Assembly: GCF_046119375.1 (NCBI RefSeq)
Contig: NW_027362764.1
Coordinates: forward strand, 810,216,001 to 810,280,000
Source: Phyllobates terribilis
Taxonomy: Eukaryota
Direction of reading: 5' to 3'
DNA length: 64,000 nucleotides
A program made the translations under genes and the position numbers. Each line of letters starts with the position of its first letter. Position 1 is the first letter of the stretch. The notes under the pieces were generated by a model, which did no database searches, was not told the DNA's origin, and worked only from the letters and a program-made list of their open reading frames with translations. This document shows positions 38,578 to 52,419 of this stretch, piece after piece.

Positions 38578-41500
38578 CAGCACCCAGACACCACCGACCA
38601 GGCCATCAGACACGGCCCAGCACCCAGACACCACCGACCAGGCCATCAGACGCGGCCCAGCACCCAGACACCACCGACCAGGCCATCAGACGCGGCCCAG
38701 CACCCAGACACCACCGACCAGGCCATCAGACGCGGCCCAGCACCCAGACACCACCGACCAGGCCATCAGACGCGGCCCAGCACCCAGACACCACCGACCA
38801 GGCCATCAGACGCGGCCCAGCACCCAGACACCACCGACCAGGCCATCAGACGCGGCCCAGCACCCAGACACCACCGACCAGGCCATCAGACGCGGCCCAG
38901 CACCCAGACACCACCGACCAGGCCATCAGACGCGGCCCAGCACCCAGACACCACCGACCAGGCCATCAGACGCGGCCCAGCACCCAGACACCACCGACCA
39001 GGCCATCAGACGCGGCCCAGCACCCAGACACCACCGACCAGGCCATCAGACGCGGCCCAGCACCCAGACACCACCGACCAGGCCATCAGACGCGGCCCAG
39101 CACCCAGACACCACCGACCAGGCCATCAGACGCGGCCCAGCACCCAGACACCACCGACCAGGCCATCAGACGCGGCCCAGCACCCAGACACCACCGACCA
39201 GGCCATCAGACACTGCCCAGCACCCAGACACCACCCATCAGGCCATCAGACACTGCCCAGCACCCAGACACCACCCATCAGACACTGCCCAGCACCCAGA
39301 CACCACCGACCAGGCCATCAGACACTACCGACCAGGCCATCAGACACTGCCCAGCACCCAGACACCACCGACCAGGCCAACAGACACTGCCCAGCACCCA
39401 GACACCACCGACCAGGCCATCAGACACTGCCCAGCACCCAGACACCACCGGCCAGGCCATCAGACACTGCCCAGCACCCAGACACCACCCATGAGACACT
39501 GCCCAGCACCCAGACACCACCCATGAGACACTGCCCAGCACCCAGACACCACCCATCAGACACTGCCCAGCACCCAGACACCACCCATCAGACACTGCCC
39601 AGCACCCAGACACCACCCATCAGACACTGCCCAGCACCCAGACACTGCCCAGCACCCAGACACTGCCCAGCACCCAGACACTGCCCAGCACCCAGACACC
39701 ACCCATCAGACACCACCGACCAGGCCAACAGACACCGCCCAGCACCCAGACACCACCGACCAGGCCATCAGGCACCGCCCAGCACCCAGACACCACCGAC
39801 CAGGCCATCAGGCACCGCCCAGCACCCAGACACCACCGACCAGGCCATCAGACGCGGCCCAGCACCCAGACACCACCGACCAGGCCATCAGACGCGGCCC
39901 AGCACCCAGACACCACCGACCAGGCCATCAGACACCACCGACCAGGCCATCAGACACCGCCGACCAGGCCAACAGACACCGCCCATCAGACACTGCCCAG
40001 CACCCAGACACCGCCGACCAGGCCAACAGACACTGCCCAGCACCCAGACACCGCCCATCAGACACTGCCCAGCACCCAGACACCGCCCATCAGACACTGC
40101 CCAGCACCCAGACACCGCCCATCAGACACTGCCCAGCACCCAGACACCACCCATCAGACACTGCCCAGCACCCAGACACCACCCATCAGACACTGCCCAG
40201 CACCCAGACACCACCCATCAGACACTGCCCAGCACCCAGACACCACCCATCAGACACTGCCCAGCACCCAGACACCACCCATCAGACACCACCGACCAGG
40301 CCAACAGACACCGCCCAGCACCCAGACACCACCGACCAGGCCAACAGACACCGCCCAGCACCCAGACACCACCGACCAGGCCAACAGACACCGCCCAGCA
40401 CCCAGACACCACCGACCAGGCCATCAGACACCGCCCAGCACCCAGACACCACCGACCAGGCCATCAGACGCGGCCCAGCACCCAGACACCACGGACCAGG
40501 CCATCAGACGCGGCCCAGCACCCAGACACCACCGACCAGGCCATCAGACGCGGCCCAGCACCCAGACACCACGGACCAGGCCATCAGACGCGGCCCAGCA
40601 CCCAGACACCACGGACCAGGCCATCAGACGCGGCCCAGCACCCAGACACCACCGACCAGGCCATCAGACGCGGCCCAGCACCCAGACACCACCGACCAGG
40701 CCATCAGACGCGGCCCAGCACCCAGACACCACCGACCAGGCCATCAGACGCGGCCCAGCACCCAGACACCACCGACCAGGCCATCAGACGCGGCCCAGCA
40801 CCCAGACACCACCGACCAGGCCATCAGACGCGGCCCAGCACCCAGACACCACCGACCAGGCCATCAGACGCGGCCCAGCACCCAGACACCACCGACCAGG
40901 CCATCAGACGCGGCCCAGCACCCAGACACCACCGACCAGGCCATCAGACGCGGCCCAGCACCCAGACACCACCGACCAGGCCATCAGACGCGGCCCAGCA
41001 CCCAGACACCACCGACCAGGCCATCAGACGCGGCCCAGCACCCAGACACCACCGACCAGGCCATCAGACGCGGCCCAGCACCCAGACACCACCGACCAGG
41101 CCATCAGACGCGGCCCAGCACCCAGACACCACCGACCAGGCCATCAGACGCGGCCCAGCACCCAGACACCACCGACCAGGCCATCAGACGCGGCCCAGCA
41201 CCCAGACACCACCGACCAGGCCATCAGACGCGGCCCAGCACCCAGACACCACCCATCAGACACTGCCCAACACCCAGACACCACCGACCAGGCCAACAGA
41301 CACTGCCCAGCACCCAGACACCACCCATCAGACAATGCCCAGCACCCAGACACCACCCATCAGACACTGCCCAGCACCCAGACACCACCGGCCAGGCCAA
41401 CAGACACTGCTCAGCACCCAGACACCACCGACCAGGCCATCAGACACTGCCCAGCACCCAGACACTGCCCAGCACCCAGACACTGCCCAGCACCCAGACA

Positions 41501-44500
41501 CTGCCCAGCACCCAGACACCACCCATCAGACACCACCGACCAGGCCAACAGACACCGCCCAGCACCCAGACACCACCGACCAGGCCATCAGGCACCGCCC
41601 AGCACCCAGACACCACCGACCAGGCCATCAGGCACCGCCCAGCACCCAGACACCACCGACCAGGCCAACAGACACTGCCCAGCACCCAGACACCACCCAT
41701 CAGACAATGCCCAGCACCCAGACACCACCGGCCAGGCCAACAGACACTGCTCAGCACCCAGACACCACCGACCAGGCCATCAGACACTGCCCAGCACCCA
41801 GACACCACCCATCAGACACTGCCTAGCACCCAGACACCACCGACCAGGCCAACAGACACCGCCCATCAGACACTGCCCAGCACCCAGACACCACCCATCA
41901 GACACTGCCCAGCACCCAGACACCACCCATCAGACACTGCCCAGCACCCAGACACCACCCATCAGACACTGCCCAGCACCCAGACACCACCCATCAGACA
42001 CCACCGACCAGGCCATCAGACGCGGCCCAGCACCCAGACACCACCGACCAGGCCATCAGACGCGGCCCAGCACCCAGACACCACCGACCAGGCCATCAGA
42101 CGCGGCCCAGCACCCAGACACCACCGACCAGGCCATCAGACGCGGCCCAGCACCCAGACACCACCGACCAGGCCATCAGACGCGGCCCAGCACCCAGACA
42201 CCACCGACCAGGCCATCAGACGCGGCCCAGCACCCAGACACCACCCATCAGACAATGCCCAGCACCCAGACACCACCCATCAGACACTGCCCAGCACCCA
42301 GACACCACCGGCCAGGCCAACAGACACTGCTCAGCACCCAGACACCACCGACCAGGCCATCAGACACTGCCCAGCACCCAGACACCACCCATCAGACACT
42401 GCCTAGCACCCAGACACCACCGACCAGGCCAACAGACACCGCCCATCAGACACTGCCCAGCACCCAGACACCACCCATCAGACACTGCCCAGCACCCAGA
42501 CACCACCCATCAGACACTGCCCAGCACCCAGACACCACCCATCAGACACTGCCCAGCACCCAGACACCACCCATCAGACACTGCCCAGCACCCAGACACC
42601 ACCCATCAGACACTGCCCAGCACCCAGACACCACCCATCAGACACTGCCCAGCACCCAGACACCGCCCATCAGACACTGCCCAGCACCGACACCGCCCAT
42701 CAGACACTGCCCAGCACCCAGACACCGCCCATCAGACACTGCCCAGCACCCAGACACCACCCATCAGACACTGCCCAGCACCCAGACACCACCCATCAGA
42801 CACCACCGACCAGGCCAACAGACACCGCCCAGCACCCAGACACCACCGACCAGGCCATCAGACGCGGCCCAGCACCCAGACACCACCGACCAGGCCATCA
42901 GACGCGGCCCAGCACCCAGACACCACCGACCAGGCCATCAGACGCGGCCCAGCACCCAGACACCACCGACCAGGCCATCAGACGCGGCCCAGCACACAGA
43001 CACCACCGACCAGGCCATCAGACGCGGCCCAGCACACAGACACCACCGACCAGGCCATCAGACGCGGCCCAGCACCCAGACACCACCGACCAGGCCATCA
43101 GACGCGGCCCAGCACCCAGACACCACCGACCAGGCCATCAGACGCGGCCCAGCACCCAGACACCACCGACCAGGCCATCAGACGCGGCCCAGCACCCAGA
43201 CACCACCGACCAGGCCATCAGACGCGGCCCAGCACCCAGACACCACCGACCAGGCCATCAGACGCGGCCCCGCACCCAGACACCACCGACCAGGCCATCA
43301 GACGTGGCCCAGCACCCAGACACCACCCATCAGACACTGCCCAGCACCCAGACACCACCGACCAGGCCAACAGACACTGCCCAGCACCCAGACACCACCC
43401 ATCAGACAATGCCCAGCACCCAGACACCACCGACCAGGCCAACAGACACTGCCCAGCACCCAGACACCACCCATCAGACAATGCCCAGCACCCAGACACC
43501 ACCGACCAGGCCAACAGACACTGCCCAGCACCCAGACACCACCCATCAGACAATGCCCAGCACCCAGACACCACCCATCAGACACTGCCCAGCACCCAGA
43601 CACCACCGGCCAGGCCAACAGACACTGCTCAGCACCCAGACACCACCGACCAGGCCATCAGACACTGCCCAGCACCCAGACACCACCCATCAGACACTGC
43701 CTAGCACCCAGACACCACCGACCAGGCCAACAGACACCGCCCATCAGACACTGCCCAGCACCCAGACACCACCCATCAGACACTGCCCAGCACCCAGACA
43801 CCACCCATCAGACACTGCCCAGCACCCAGACACCACCCATCAGACACTGCCCAGCACCCAGACACCACCCATCAGACACCACCGACCAGGCCAACAGACA
43901 CCGCCTAGCACCCAGACACCACCGACCAGGCCAACAGACACCGCCCAGCACCCAGACACCACCGACCAGGCCATCAGGCACCGCCCAGCACCCAGACACC
44001 ACCGACCAGGCCATCAGGCACCGCCCAGCACCCAGACACCACCGACCAGGCCATCAGACACCGCCCAGCACCAAGACACCACCGACCAGGCCATCAGACA
44101 CTGCCCAGCACCCAGACACCACCGACCAGGCCATCAGACACGGCCCAGCACCAAGGCACCACCGACCAGGCCATCAGACACTGCCCAGCACCCAGACACC
44201 ACCCATCAGACACTGCCCAGCACCCAGACACCACCGACCAGGCCATCAGGCACCGCCCAGCACCCAGACACCACCGACCAGGCCATCAGACACCGCCCAG
44301 CACCCAGACACCACCGACCAGGCCATCAGACACTGCCCAGCACCCAGACCAGGCCATCAGATACTGCCCAGCACCCAGACACCACCCATCAGACACTGCC
44401 CAGCACCCAGACACCACCGACCAGGCCATCAGACACTGCCCAGCACCAAGACACCACCGACCAGGCCATCAGACACTGCCCAGCACCAAGACACCACCGA

Positions 44501-47500
44501 CCAGGCCATCAGACACTGCCCAGCACCCAGACACCACCGACCAGGCCATCAGACACTGCCCAGCACCCAGACACCACCGACCAGGCCATCAGACACGACC
44601 CAGCACCAAGACACCACCGACCAGGCCAACAGACACTGCCCAGCACCCAGACACCACCCATCAGACACTGCCCAGCACCCAGACACCACCCATCAGACAC
44701 TGCCCAGCACCCAGACACCACCCATCAGACACTGCCCAGCACCCAGACACCACCCATCAGACACTGCCCAGCACCCAGACACCACCCATCAGACACCACC
44801 GACCAGGCCAACAGACACCGCCTAGCACCCAGACACCACCGACCAGGCCAACAGACACCGCCCAGCACCCAGACACCACCGACCAGGCCATCAGGCACCG
44901 CCCAGCACCCACACACCACCGACCAGGCCATCAGGCACCGCCCAGCACCCAGACACCACCGACCAGGCCATCAGACACTGCCCAGCACCCAGACACCACC
45001 GACCAGGCCATCAGACACGGCCCAGCACCAAGGCACCACCGACCAGGCCATCAGACACTGCCCAGCACCCAGACACCACCCATCAGACACTGCCCAGCAC
45101 CCAGACACCACCGACCAGGCCATCAGGCACCGCCCAGCACCCAGACACCACCGACCAGGCCATCAGACACCGCCCAGCACCCAGACACCACCGACCAGGC
45201 CATCAGACACTGCCCAGCACCCAGACCAGGCCATCAGATACTGCCCAGCACCCAGACACCACCCATCAGACACTGCCCAGCACCCAGACACCACCGACCA
45301 GGCCATCAGACACTGCCCAGCACCAAGACACCACCGACCAGGCCATCAGACACTGCCCAGCACCAAGACACCACCGACCAGGCCATCAGACACTGCCCAG
45401 CACCCAGACACCACCGACCAGGCCATCAGACACGGCCCAGCACCAAGACACCACCGACCAGGCCAACAGACACTGCCCAGCACCCAGACACCACCCATCA
45501 GACACTGCCCAGCACCCAGACACCACCAACTAGGCCAACAGACACTGCCCAGCACCCAGACACCACCGACCAGGCCATCAGACACTGCCCAGCACCCAGA
45601 CACCACCGACCAGGCCATCAGACACTGCTCAGCACCCAGACACCACCGACCAGGCCATCAGACACTGCTCAGCACCCAGACACCACCCATCACCCAGACA
45701 CCACCGACCAGGCCATCAGACACTGCCCAGCACCCAGACACCACCGACCAGGCCATCAGACACTGCCCAGCACCCAGACACCACCGACCAGGCCATCAGA
45801 CACTGCCCAGCACCCAGACACCACAGACCAGGCCATCAGACACTGCCCAGCACCCAGACACCACCGACCAGGCCATCAGACACTGCCCAGCACCCAGACA
45901 CCACCGACCAGGCCATCAGACACTGCCCAGCACCCAGACACCACCGACCAGGCCATCAGACACTGCCCAGCACCCAGACACCACCGACCAGGCCATCAGA
46001 CACTGCCCAGCACCCAGACACCACCCATCAGACACTGCCCAGCACCCAGACACCACCCATCAGACACTGCCCAGCACCCAGACACCACCGACCAGGCCAA
46101 CAGACACTGCCCAGCACCAAGACACCACCGACCAGGCCATCAGACACTGCCCAGCACCAAGACACCACCCATCAGACACTGCCTAGCACCCAGACACCAC
46201 CGACCAGGCCAACAGACACCGCCCATCAGACACTGCCCAGCACCCAGCACCCAGACACCACCCATCAGACACTGCCCAGCACCCAGACACCACCCATCAG
46301 ACACTGCCCAGCACCCAGACACCACCCATCAGACACTGCCCAGCACCCAGACACCACCCATCAGACACTGCCCAGCACCCAGACACCACCCATCAGACAC
46401 CACCGACCAGGCCAACAGACACCGCCCAGCACCCAGACACCACCGACCAGGCCAACAGACACCGCCCAGCACCCAGACACCACCGACCAGGCCATCAGGC
46501 ACCGCCCAGCACCCAGACACCACCGACCAGGCCATCAGGCACCGCCCAGCACCCAGACACCACCGACCAGGCCATCCGGCACCGCCCAGCACCCAGACAC
46601 CACCGACCAGGCCATCCGGCACCGCCCAGCACCCAGACACCACCGACCAGGCCATCAGACACCGCCCAGCACCCAGACACCACCGACCAGGCCATCAGAC
46701 ACTGCCCAGCACCCAGATCAGGCCATCAGATACTGCCCAGCACCCAGACACCACCCATCAGACACTGCCCAGCACCCAGACACCACCGACCAGGCCATCA
46801 GACACTGCCCAGCACCAAGACACCACCGACCAGGCCATCAGACACTGCCCAGCACCCAGACACCACCGACCAGGCCATCAGACACGGCCCAGCACCAAGA
46901 CACCACCGACCAGGCCAACAGACACTGCCCAGCACCCAGACACCACCCATCAGACACTGCCCAGCACCCAGACACCACCGACCAGGCCATCAGACACCGC
47001 CCAGCACCCAGACACCACCGACCAGGCCATCAGACACTGCCCAGCACCCAGACCAGGCCATCAGATACTGCCCAGCACCCAGACACCACCCATCAGACAC
47101 TGCCCAGCACCCAGACACCACCGACCAGGCCATCAGACACTGCCCAGCACCAAGACACCACCGACCAGGCCATCAGACACTGCCCAGCACCCAGACACCA
47201 CCGACCAGGCCATCAGACACGGCCCAGCACCAAGACACCACCGACCAGGCCAACAGACACTGCCCAGCACCCAGACACCACCCATCAGACACTGCCCAGC
47301 ACCCAGACACCACCGACTAGGCCAACAGACACTGCCCAGCACCCAGACACCACCGACCAGGCCATCAGACACTGCCCAGCACCCAGACACCACAGACCAG
47401 GCCATCAGACACTGCCCAGCACCCAGACACCACCGACCAGGCCATCAGACACTGCCCAGCACCCAGACACCACCGACCAGGCCATCAGACACTGCCCAGC

Positions 47501-47640
47501 ACCCAGACACCACCGACCAGGCCATCAGACACTGCCCAGCACCCAGACACCACCCAGCACCCAGACACCACCCATCAGACACTGCCCAGCACCCAGACCC
47601 CACCCATCAGACACTGCCCAGCACCCAGACACCACCAATC
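38578..47640. repeat. DGAT1 intron 15 modular minisatellite, about 9 kb, mixing 40-bp and 32-bp units
   Basis: Units CCAGCACCCAGACACCACCGACCAGGCCATCAGACGCGGC (40) and CCCAGCACCCAGACACCACCCATCAGACACTG (32), plus shorter deletion variants. Confidence 0.97.
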
Positions 47641-47849
47641 AGGCTACCAGTCAGAGCTCAGACACCTCATATCAGGCCAGCACCTGATACCAAAAGTTTG
47701 TCTTCCACTCAGACCCCACCTGGCCACCACCCTGCACCCAGACACTACCTGGCCGGCCACCATCTTGCGCCAAAACTTTATCATCACCACATACACAGGT
47801 GGGCTTGGACAGCGACCGGCCTTTGCATTGGATCATAATATGTTCTAAC

Positions 47850-47937
47850 CTCATGGAAAAAGGCTGAAGCGAAGAAAACGGCCGTCTGTGCAGCCCATCT
47901 GGGGACACCGCGTCTCATCATTGGCTTGTAAAAGTGT
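47850..47937 (-). CDS. DGAT1: DGAT1 exon 15, 88 nt
   Basis: Encodes (R)[29 protein letters not shown], including the MBOAT catalytic His in SAFFHE; AG/GT flanks. Confidence 0.96.
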
Positions 47938-48235
47938 CTGAAAGAAACCAAAAATGGTCCAAGGAATTATAAGACGGTGTCAATTCTAGTCACTGAACCT
48001 CCGCTCATCTGTCCTTACCTCTAACCCACTCATTTACCCCACACACACACACTCCTAGCCCCACTCGACTCAATGGCGCCCCACTCGCTCCCACCTGGTA
48101 CCGCCCAACTCAACGGTGCCTCACCCAATCCCTCTTTGCTCCACCAGAGCCAACGGTGCTCCACACAGTTCCTTCTTCGCATCACTTTACAGGACCGCGC
48201 CCACCCGCCTTCACCCTTACTCCTTCTCATACTAC

Positions 48236-48301
48236 CTGCTGCACCATTTGTGGACAGGGATGTTCCAGTTCTGCCAGAAGTAGGTCACGGTTTCAGAGTT
48301 C
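48236..48301 (-). CDS. DGAT1: DGAT1 exon 14, 66 nt
   Basis: Encodes NSETVTYFWQNWNIPVHKWCS, containing the MBOAT WNIPVH motif. Confidence 0.96.
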
Positions 48302-48431
48302 CTGGAGAATCAGATTAGTAGATTGTTATGGATTCTGGCTCCTGACCATTGAGTCACCACAGACTATTATCCGATGAGCCGTGGAGCGCTGTCTGGAGGA
48401 CTATGGTTGGTCTTCGTCCATTATCACTCAC

Positions 48432-48544
48432 CACCAGTCCCTGTAAAACTCACGATCCCCAAAACGCATCAACTCAGCCACAAAGTTCATGGAAGAATGG
48501 AAGAACCAGTAGAAGAAGATCAGCCAGATCAGGTGATTGGGGAC
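48432..48544 (-). CDS. DGAT1: DGAT1 exon 13, 113 nt
   Basis: Encodes [37 protein letters not shown](W), containing the FYxDWWN acyl-CoA motif. Confidence 0.96.
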
Positions 48545-48625
48545 CTGCAAAGAGCGACGCTGTCAGTGGGCTGCATGGATGGACGTACAACACGGGAAGA
48601 GAGGTTGGGGGACGACGACACTCAC

Positions 48626-48670
48626 CGCCAACTTCAGGAGCCGCTCAATGATCCTCGAGTAATCCATATC
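48626..48670 (-). CDS. DGAT1: DGAT1 exon 12, 45 nt
   Basis: Encodes DMDYSRIIERLLKLA; ctag/gtgagt flanks. Confidence 0.95.
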
Positions 48671-48900
48671 CTAGAGGAGAGAAGACCATGAATAAGAAGT
48701 GAGGCACAGAGGAGACCTGAGCGGCCAAGGACACGAGCCATCTCCTGCCGTCTACAGCTACTAACCCCTGCCGGCTATAGCTCCTGTGGTCTGGAAGAAC
48801 AATATCAGGATTGACGTTCATGTAAATGGGGTGAAATGGACGCCACAAGTGAAAGGTAAGGATACCTCGATACTGACGGGACAAGAAGTAGGAAACTCAC

Positions 48901-48942
48901 CCGGAACGGTTTCATGGAGTTCTGGATTGCTGGGACCATCCA
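48901..48942 (-). CDS. DGAT1: DGAT1 exon 11, 42 nt
   Basis: Encodes WMVPAIQNSMKPFR; tttag/gtgagt flanks. Confidence 0.95.
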
Positions 48943-49264
48943 CTAAAAGGCAACACAAGGCAATCACACACTGCAAACTCCTGCACTGTCTGTACAACAC
49001 AGCTCAGCTACATGGCTGCCACAGCCCCCCCAACAGGCCGACTGCCAGGCCTGCCCCCTCCACCTTCTCTAACCGCCCCCAACAGCCAGGACCACCCCCT
49101 CCTCACATCTTCTCTACTATAAGACCCTGACCGGCCGAACACAAAGAACCGACCCCTCCACCTTATACAATGGTCCCCCCAACCAGCTGAACACCAGGAC
49201 CGACCCCTCCACCTTCTCCATCAACCACTGTACAGAATGAGGAGTGACGGGTTCACAAACTCAC

Positions 49265-49303
49265 CTGCTGGATCAGTCCAACCAGGAGCTGCATGATGAA
49301 CAG
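49265..49303 (-). CDS. DGAT1: DGAT1 exon 10, 39 nt
   Basis: Encodes LFIMQLLVGLIQQ; ccag/gtgagt flanks. Confidence 0.94.
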
Positions 49304-49339
49304 CTGGACGCGAGAGAAAGAGAAGTCAGTAACCGTTGC

Positions 49340-49605
49340 AAAATGAAGGGCAGGAGCAGCGAGGGCGGTAGGCGGGGGCGATGGGGCAGGAGCAGCGAGG
49401 GCGGTAGGCGGGCACGATGGGGCAGGAGCAGTGAGGGCGGGTGTGATGGGGCAGGAGCAGTGAGGGCGGTAGGCGGGTGCGATGGGGCAGGAGCAGCGAG
49501 GGTGGTAGGCGGGTGCGATGGGGCAGGAGCACCGAGGGCGGTAGGCGGGTGCGATGGGGCAGGAGCACCGAGGGCGGTAGGCGGGTGCGATGGGGCAGGA
49601 GCACA
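49340..49605. repeat. DGAT1 intron 9 minisatellite, 36-bp unit, about 7 copies
   Basis: Unit GATGGGGCAGGAGCAGCGAGGGCGGTAGGCGGGTGC. Confidence 0.9.
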
Positions 49606-49712
49606 GAGTCTCATGCTTTTGGGGTGGAGAAGTGATAGGCATGTCTCATGAGTGTGGGGGGCAGTGACGGTGGGCGGCCGCTCGCTTCCTCTTGTCGTCA
49701 TCCCCTTCTCAC

Positions 49713-49816
49713 CATCTCCAGCAGTCGTCGGAGCAGGAACCTTTTACGAATCCTTGGAGAACGAGGGAAGTTCATCTCGTAGCAGAGAGTTGGTGCGAGC
49801 ACGAAGTAATAGATAT
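49713..49816 (-). CDS. DGAT1: DGAT1 exon 9, 104 nt
   Basis: Encodes (D)[34 protein letters not shown]. Confidence 0.96.
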
Positions 49817-49889
49817 CTGAGAGGTGAAGAAACGCGGTCAGGACGGGGCTGTCACAGACCCTACAGGTGGAGCGGCATGTAGCACCCAC

Positions 49890-49964
49890 CTCGGAGCGTC
49901 AGATTCCCAGGATACGTCACCTCCGGCTTCCCAACATCTCCGTTCACTTTTCTCATCAACGGAG
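49890..49964 (-). CDS. DGAT1: DGAT1 exon 8, 75 nt
   Basis: Encodes (A)[24 protein letters not shown], containing the YPxNL motif; AG/GT flanks. Confidence 0.92.
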
Positions 49965-50073
49965 CTGAGAGACAAAATGGATGAGAGTCACAGTGCACAG
50001 ACGAGGCCGGTACTGACCCAACAGGGTCCCAGGATCACAGAAGATTGTAGGGAAGGTGGGGGGGCCATCTCAC

Positions 50074-50202
50074 CAGACTGCGTGCGGCTGAGCACCCGGA
50101 CCTGCGCCCGTCTCCGCTCCCGGCTCCAGCGGTTCACGTCTTTATAGGAGTACAGCTTCAGAAAGAGTATGGTGTAAACCATGAGGGCGAAGATGGCGCC
50201 CA
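50074..50202 (-). CDS. DGAT1: DGAT1 exon 7, 129 nt
   Basis: Encodes (V)GAIFALMVYTILFLKLYSYKDVNRWSRERRRAQVRVLSRTQS, containing the KLxSY motif. Confidence 0.93.
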
Positions 50203-50476
50203 CTGCAAAGACAGGACGAGACGGGACTCAGTGAGACCCCCAAATACAGGCTCATCTCCTCGCCCCCTCCATAGTAAGATCCCATCCTCCTGATAAGCCC
50301 CTCCCACATTACGTCTGTCCGCTGCAGACTGATTCCAAATCTACCTCCTGCCCCTCATCCCCATCCCCAGTCCTCCTCCATCCCCATCCCCCAGTCCTCC
50401 TCCATCCCCATCCCCCAGTCCTCCTCTCGCTCCTCATCCCTATGCTCCGACCCCCACCCGTCCCTGGAGTAATTAC

Positions 50477-50582
50477 CTGGAGTTATGGACATCACAGTAA
50501 AGACAACCAGCACCGGGACGCTCAGGATGGCGGAGAGGAGGACGGTGTACAGCACCAGCCCCACACGTTCCGGGAAACCTCC
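50477..50582 (-). CDS. DGAT1: DGAT1 exon 6, 106 nt
   Basis: Encodes GGFPERVGLVLYTVLLSAILSVPVLVVFTVMSITP; ctgcag/gtaatt flanks. Confidence 0.92.
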
Positions 50583-50765
50583 CTGCAGGGGATGCAAGAG
50601 AGTCACATGTTACCCCAACTCAGCCCCTCCCCCAGGTAGTCAGGCCCGCCCACATACCCCAAGGAGTAAGCCCCATCAGCATTCCACCCCTGGGGTATCG
50701 TCAGCCCCTCCCCCTGGACAGGCCGCCACATGATGCGGCACCGGCCCTTTACCCGCTCCACTCAC

Positions 50766-50818
50766 CGAGGCCAGGCGCCGCTCCAAGTGCAGGGACCCCA
50801 ATATGAAGAGGTTGGACG
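50766..50818 (-). CDS. DGAT1: DGAT1 exon 5, 53 nt
   Basis: Encodes (A)SNLFILGSLHLERRLAS; ttgcag/gtgagt flanks. Confidence 0.92.
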
Positions 50819-50839
50819 CTGCAAGAGAGAAGAACCCGC

Positions 50840-51235
50840 GTCAGATGGGAGGTGGCGAACCACCAAACAACAAGGAGAGGGGTGGGGGGACCGCAGATGG
50901 GGGGGCACGAGACAGGAAAGGAGTAGGCGAACCACCAAACAAGGAGGGGGGGCACGAGACAGGGAAGGAGGGGTCAAACCACCAAACAACGAGGGGGACG
51001 TCAGATGGGGAGGCACAAGACAGGGAAGGAGGAGGCGGACCACCAGAAAACAAGGAGAGGCGGGGTCATCAAATGGGGGGGCACAAGACACAGAAGGAGG
51101 AGGCGAACCACCAAACAACAAGGAGAGGGGGGGGGCAAGAGACAGGGAAGGAGGGGGTAAACCACCAAACAACAAGGAAGTGGGGGGGGGGGGACGTCAG
51201 ATGAGGGGGCACAAGACAGGGAACGGGGACACAGG
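50840..51235. repeat. DGAT1 intron 4 degenerate purine-rich repeat, about 60-bp unit
   Basis: Recurring GATGGGGGGGCACAAGACAGGGAAGGAGG..CGAACCACCAAACAACAAGGAGAGGG. Confidence 0.7.
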
Positions 51236-51251
51236 ATCAGACGGGGCTCAC

Positions 51252-51337
51252 CGGCCACCAGCATGAGCGCGGGCCAGCTATACGGGTCCTTGAGGAAGAG
51301 CGACACCACCTGGATGGGATCCACCAGTATCCCGTAC
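51252..51337 (-). CDS. DGAT1: DGAT1 exon 4, 86 nt
   Basis: Encodes [28 protein letters not shown]. Confidence 0.96.
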
Positions 51338-51445
51338 CTGGGAGGAGACGGCAGTTGTGGTTAATAAGCCCCCCGTCTGCGGCATTGCCAGTCATGTGAC
51401 CGGTATAGGGCGGGGCACAGACAGGACAGCTGGGGGGGCACTTAC

Positions 51446-51486
51446 TTAATGATGTTCTCAAGGAAGAGGCGTGCATTCCCCAAAAC
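51446..51486 (-). CDS. DGAT1: DGAT1 exon 3, 41 nt
   Basis: Encodes VLGNARLFLENII(K); tcag/gtaagt flanks. Confidence 0.95.
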
Positions 51487-51684
51487 CTGAAACACAAGAA
51501 CAGAACGTGATAGGTGGGCACAAGTTACATGACTGTAAATGCAGCCGCGCCCCCTCTAGAAGTCAAATGAGAGCAGCGAGGTAACGTGTCTACACATGGA
51601 GGAAACGCTCAGCACAGGAGCTGCAGACCCAGAACGGGAGGATGGTGGACGCATCAGACGCTCCGACGTCCAGAGATGGTCTGT

Positions 51685-52065
51685 GAGCCATCGCAGGACG
51701 GGGGGGGGGGCCGGGGTCTCAGCCATCGCAGGACGGGGGGGGGGGGGGGGTGGCCGGGGTCTCAGCCATCGCAGGACGGGGGGGGGGTGGCCGGGGTCTC
51801 AGCCATCGCAGGACGGGGGGGGGGGTGGCCGGGGTCTCAGCCATCGCAGGACGGGGGGGGGGGGGGTGGCCGGGGTCTCAGCCATCGCAGGACGGGGGGG
51901 GGGTGGCCGGGGTCTCAGCCATCGCAGGACGGGGGGGGGGGGGGGGTGGCCGGGGTCTCAGCCATCGCAGGACGGGGGGGGGGGGGGGGTGTGGCCGGGG
52001 TCTCAGCCATCGCAGGACGGGGGGGGGGGGGCCGGGGTCTCAGCCATCGCAGGACGGGGGGTGGC
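51685..52065. repeat. DGAT1 intron 2 array 1, about 35-42-bp unit with a variable poly-G run
   Basis: Unit GGCCGGGGTCTCAGCCATCGCAGGAC(G)n. Confidence 0.92.
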
Positions 52066-52419
52066 CGCACACCACGGCACATGCGCTACACCAGGCAATT
52101 GATAGACGTCCTGGAGCAGCAGGAGACACAGGCGGCTGAGGGCCCCGAGACCCGGTAGTAGGACCCTGTGGCACGTGCCGTCCCCCCCTGTGCCCTCCGG
52201 CATCACTCGCCTCCCTCCTTTGCCTCAGACGATCATGTGATGGGGCTGATAAGAGAGGACTCTGACCGCGCCACTCCCCCGCTATCAGCAGGAGGTCAGG
52301 GTTCTCCTCCTCACTGTCTCATCTCCACCTGGATCCACTACGAGAGAAAGACTCCGAGACCCCCGATCCCAGAGGGGGGACGTCACCACCCCATCATCAA
52401 AAAGCCCCCCGAAACCCAT

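Noticed and set aside
38518-46186. ORFs of 856-1102 aa, Pro/Thr/His-rich and mucin-like
   Set aside because: They come from a T-poor minisatellite antisense within DGAT1 intron 15 and have no non-repetitive domain.
1-47640. CRISPR-like interpretation of the regular repeats
   Set aside because: The units are head-to-tail with no unique spacers, there are no cas genes, and the context is intron-containing vertebrate genes.
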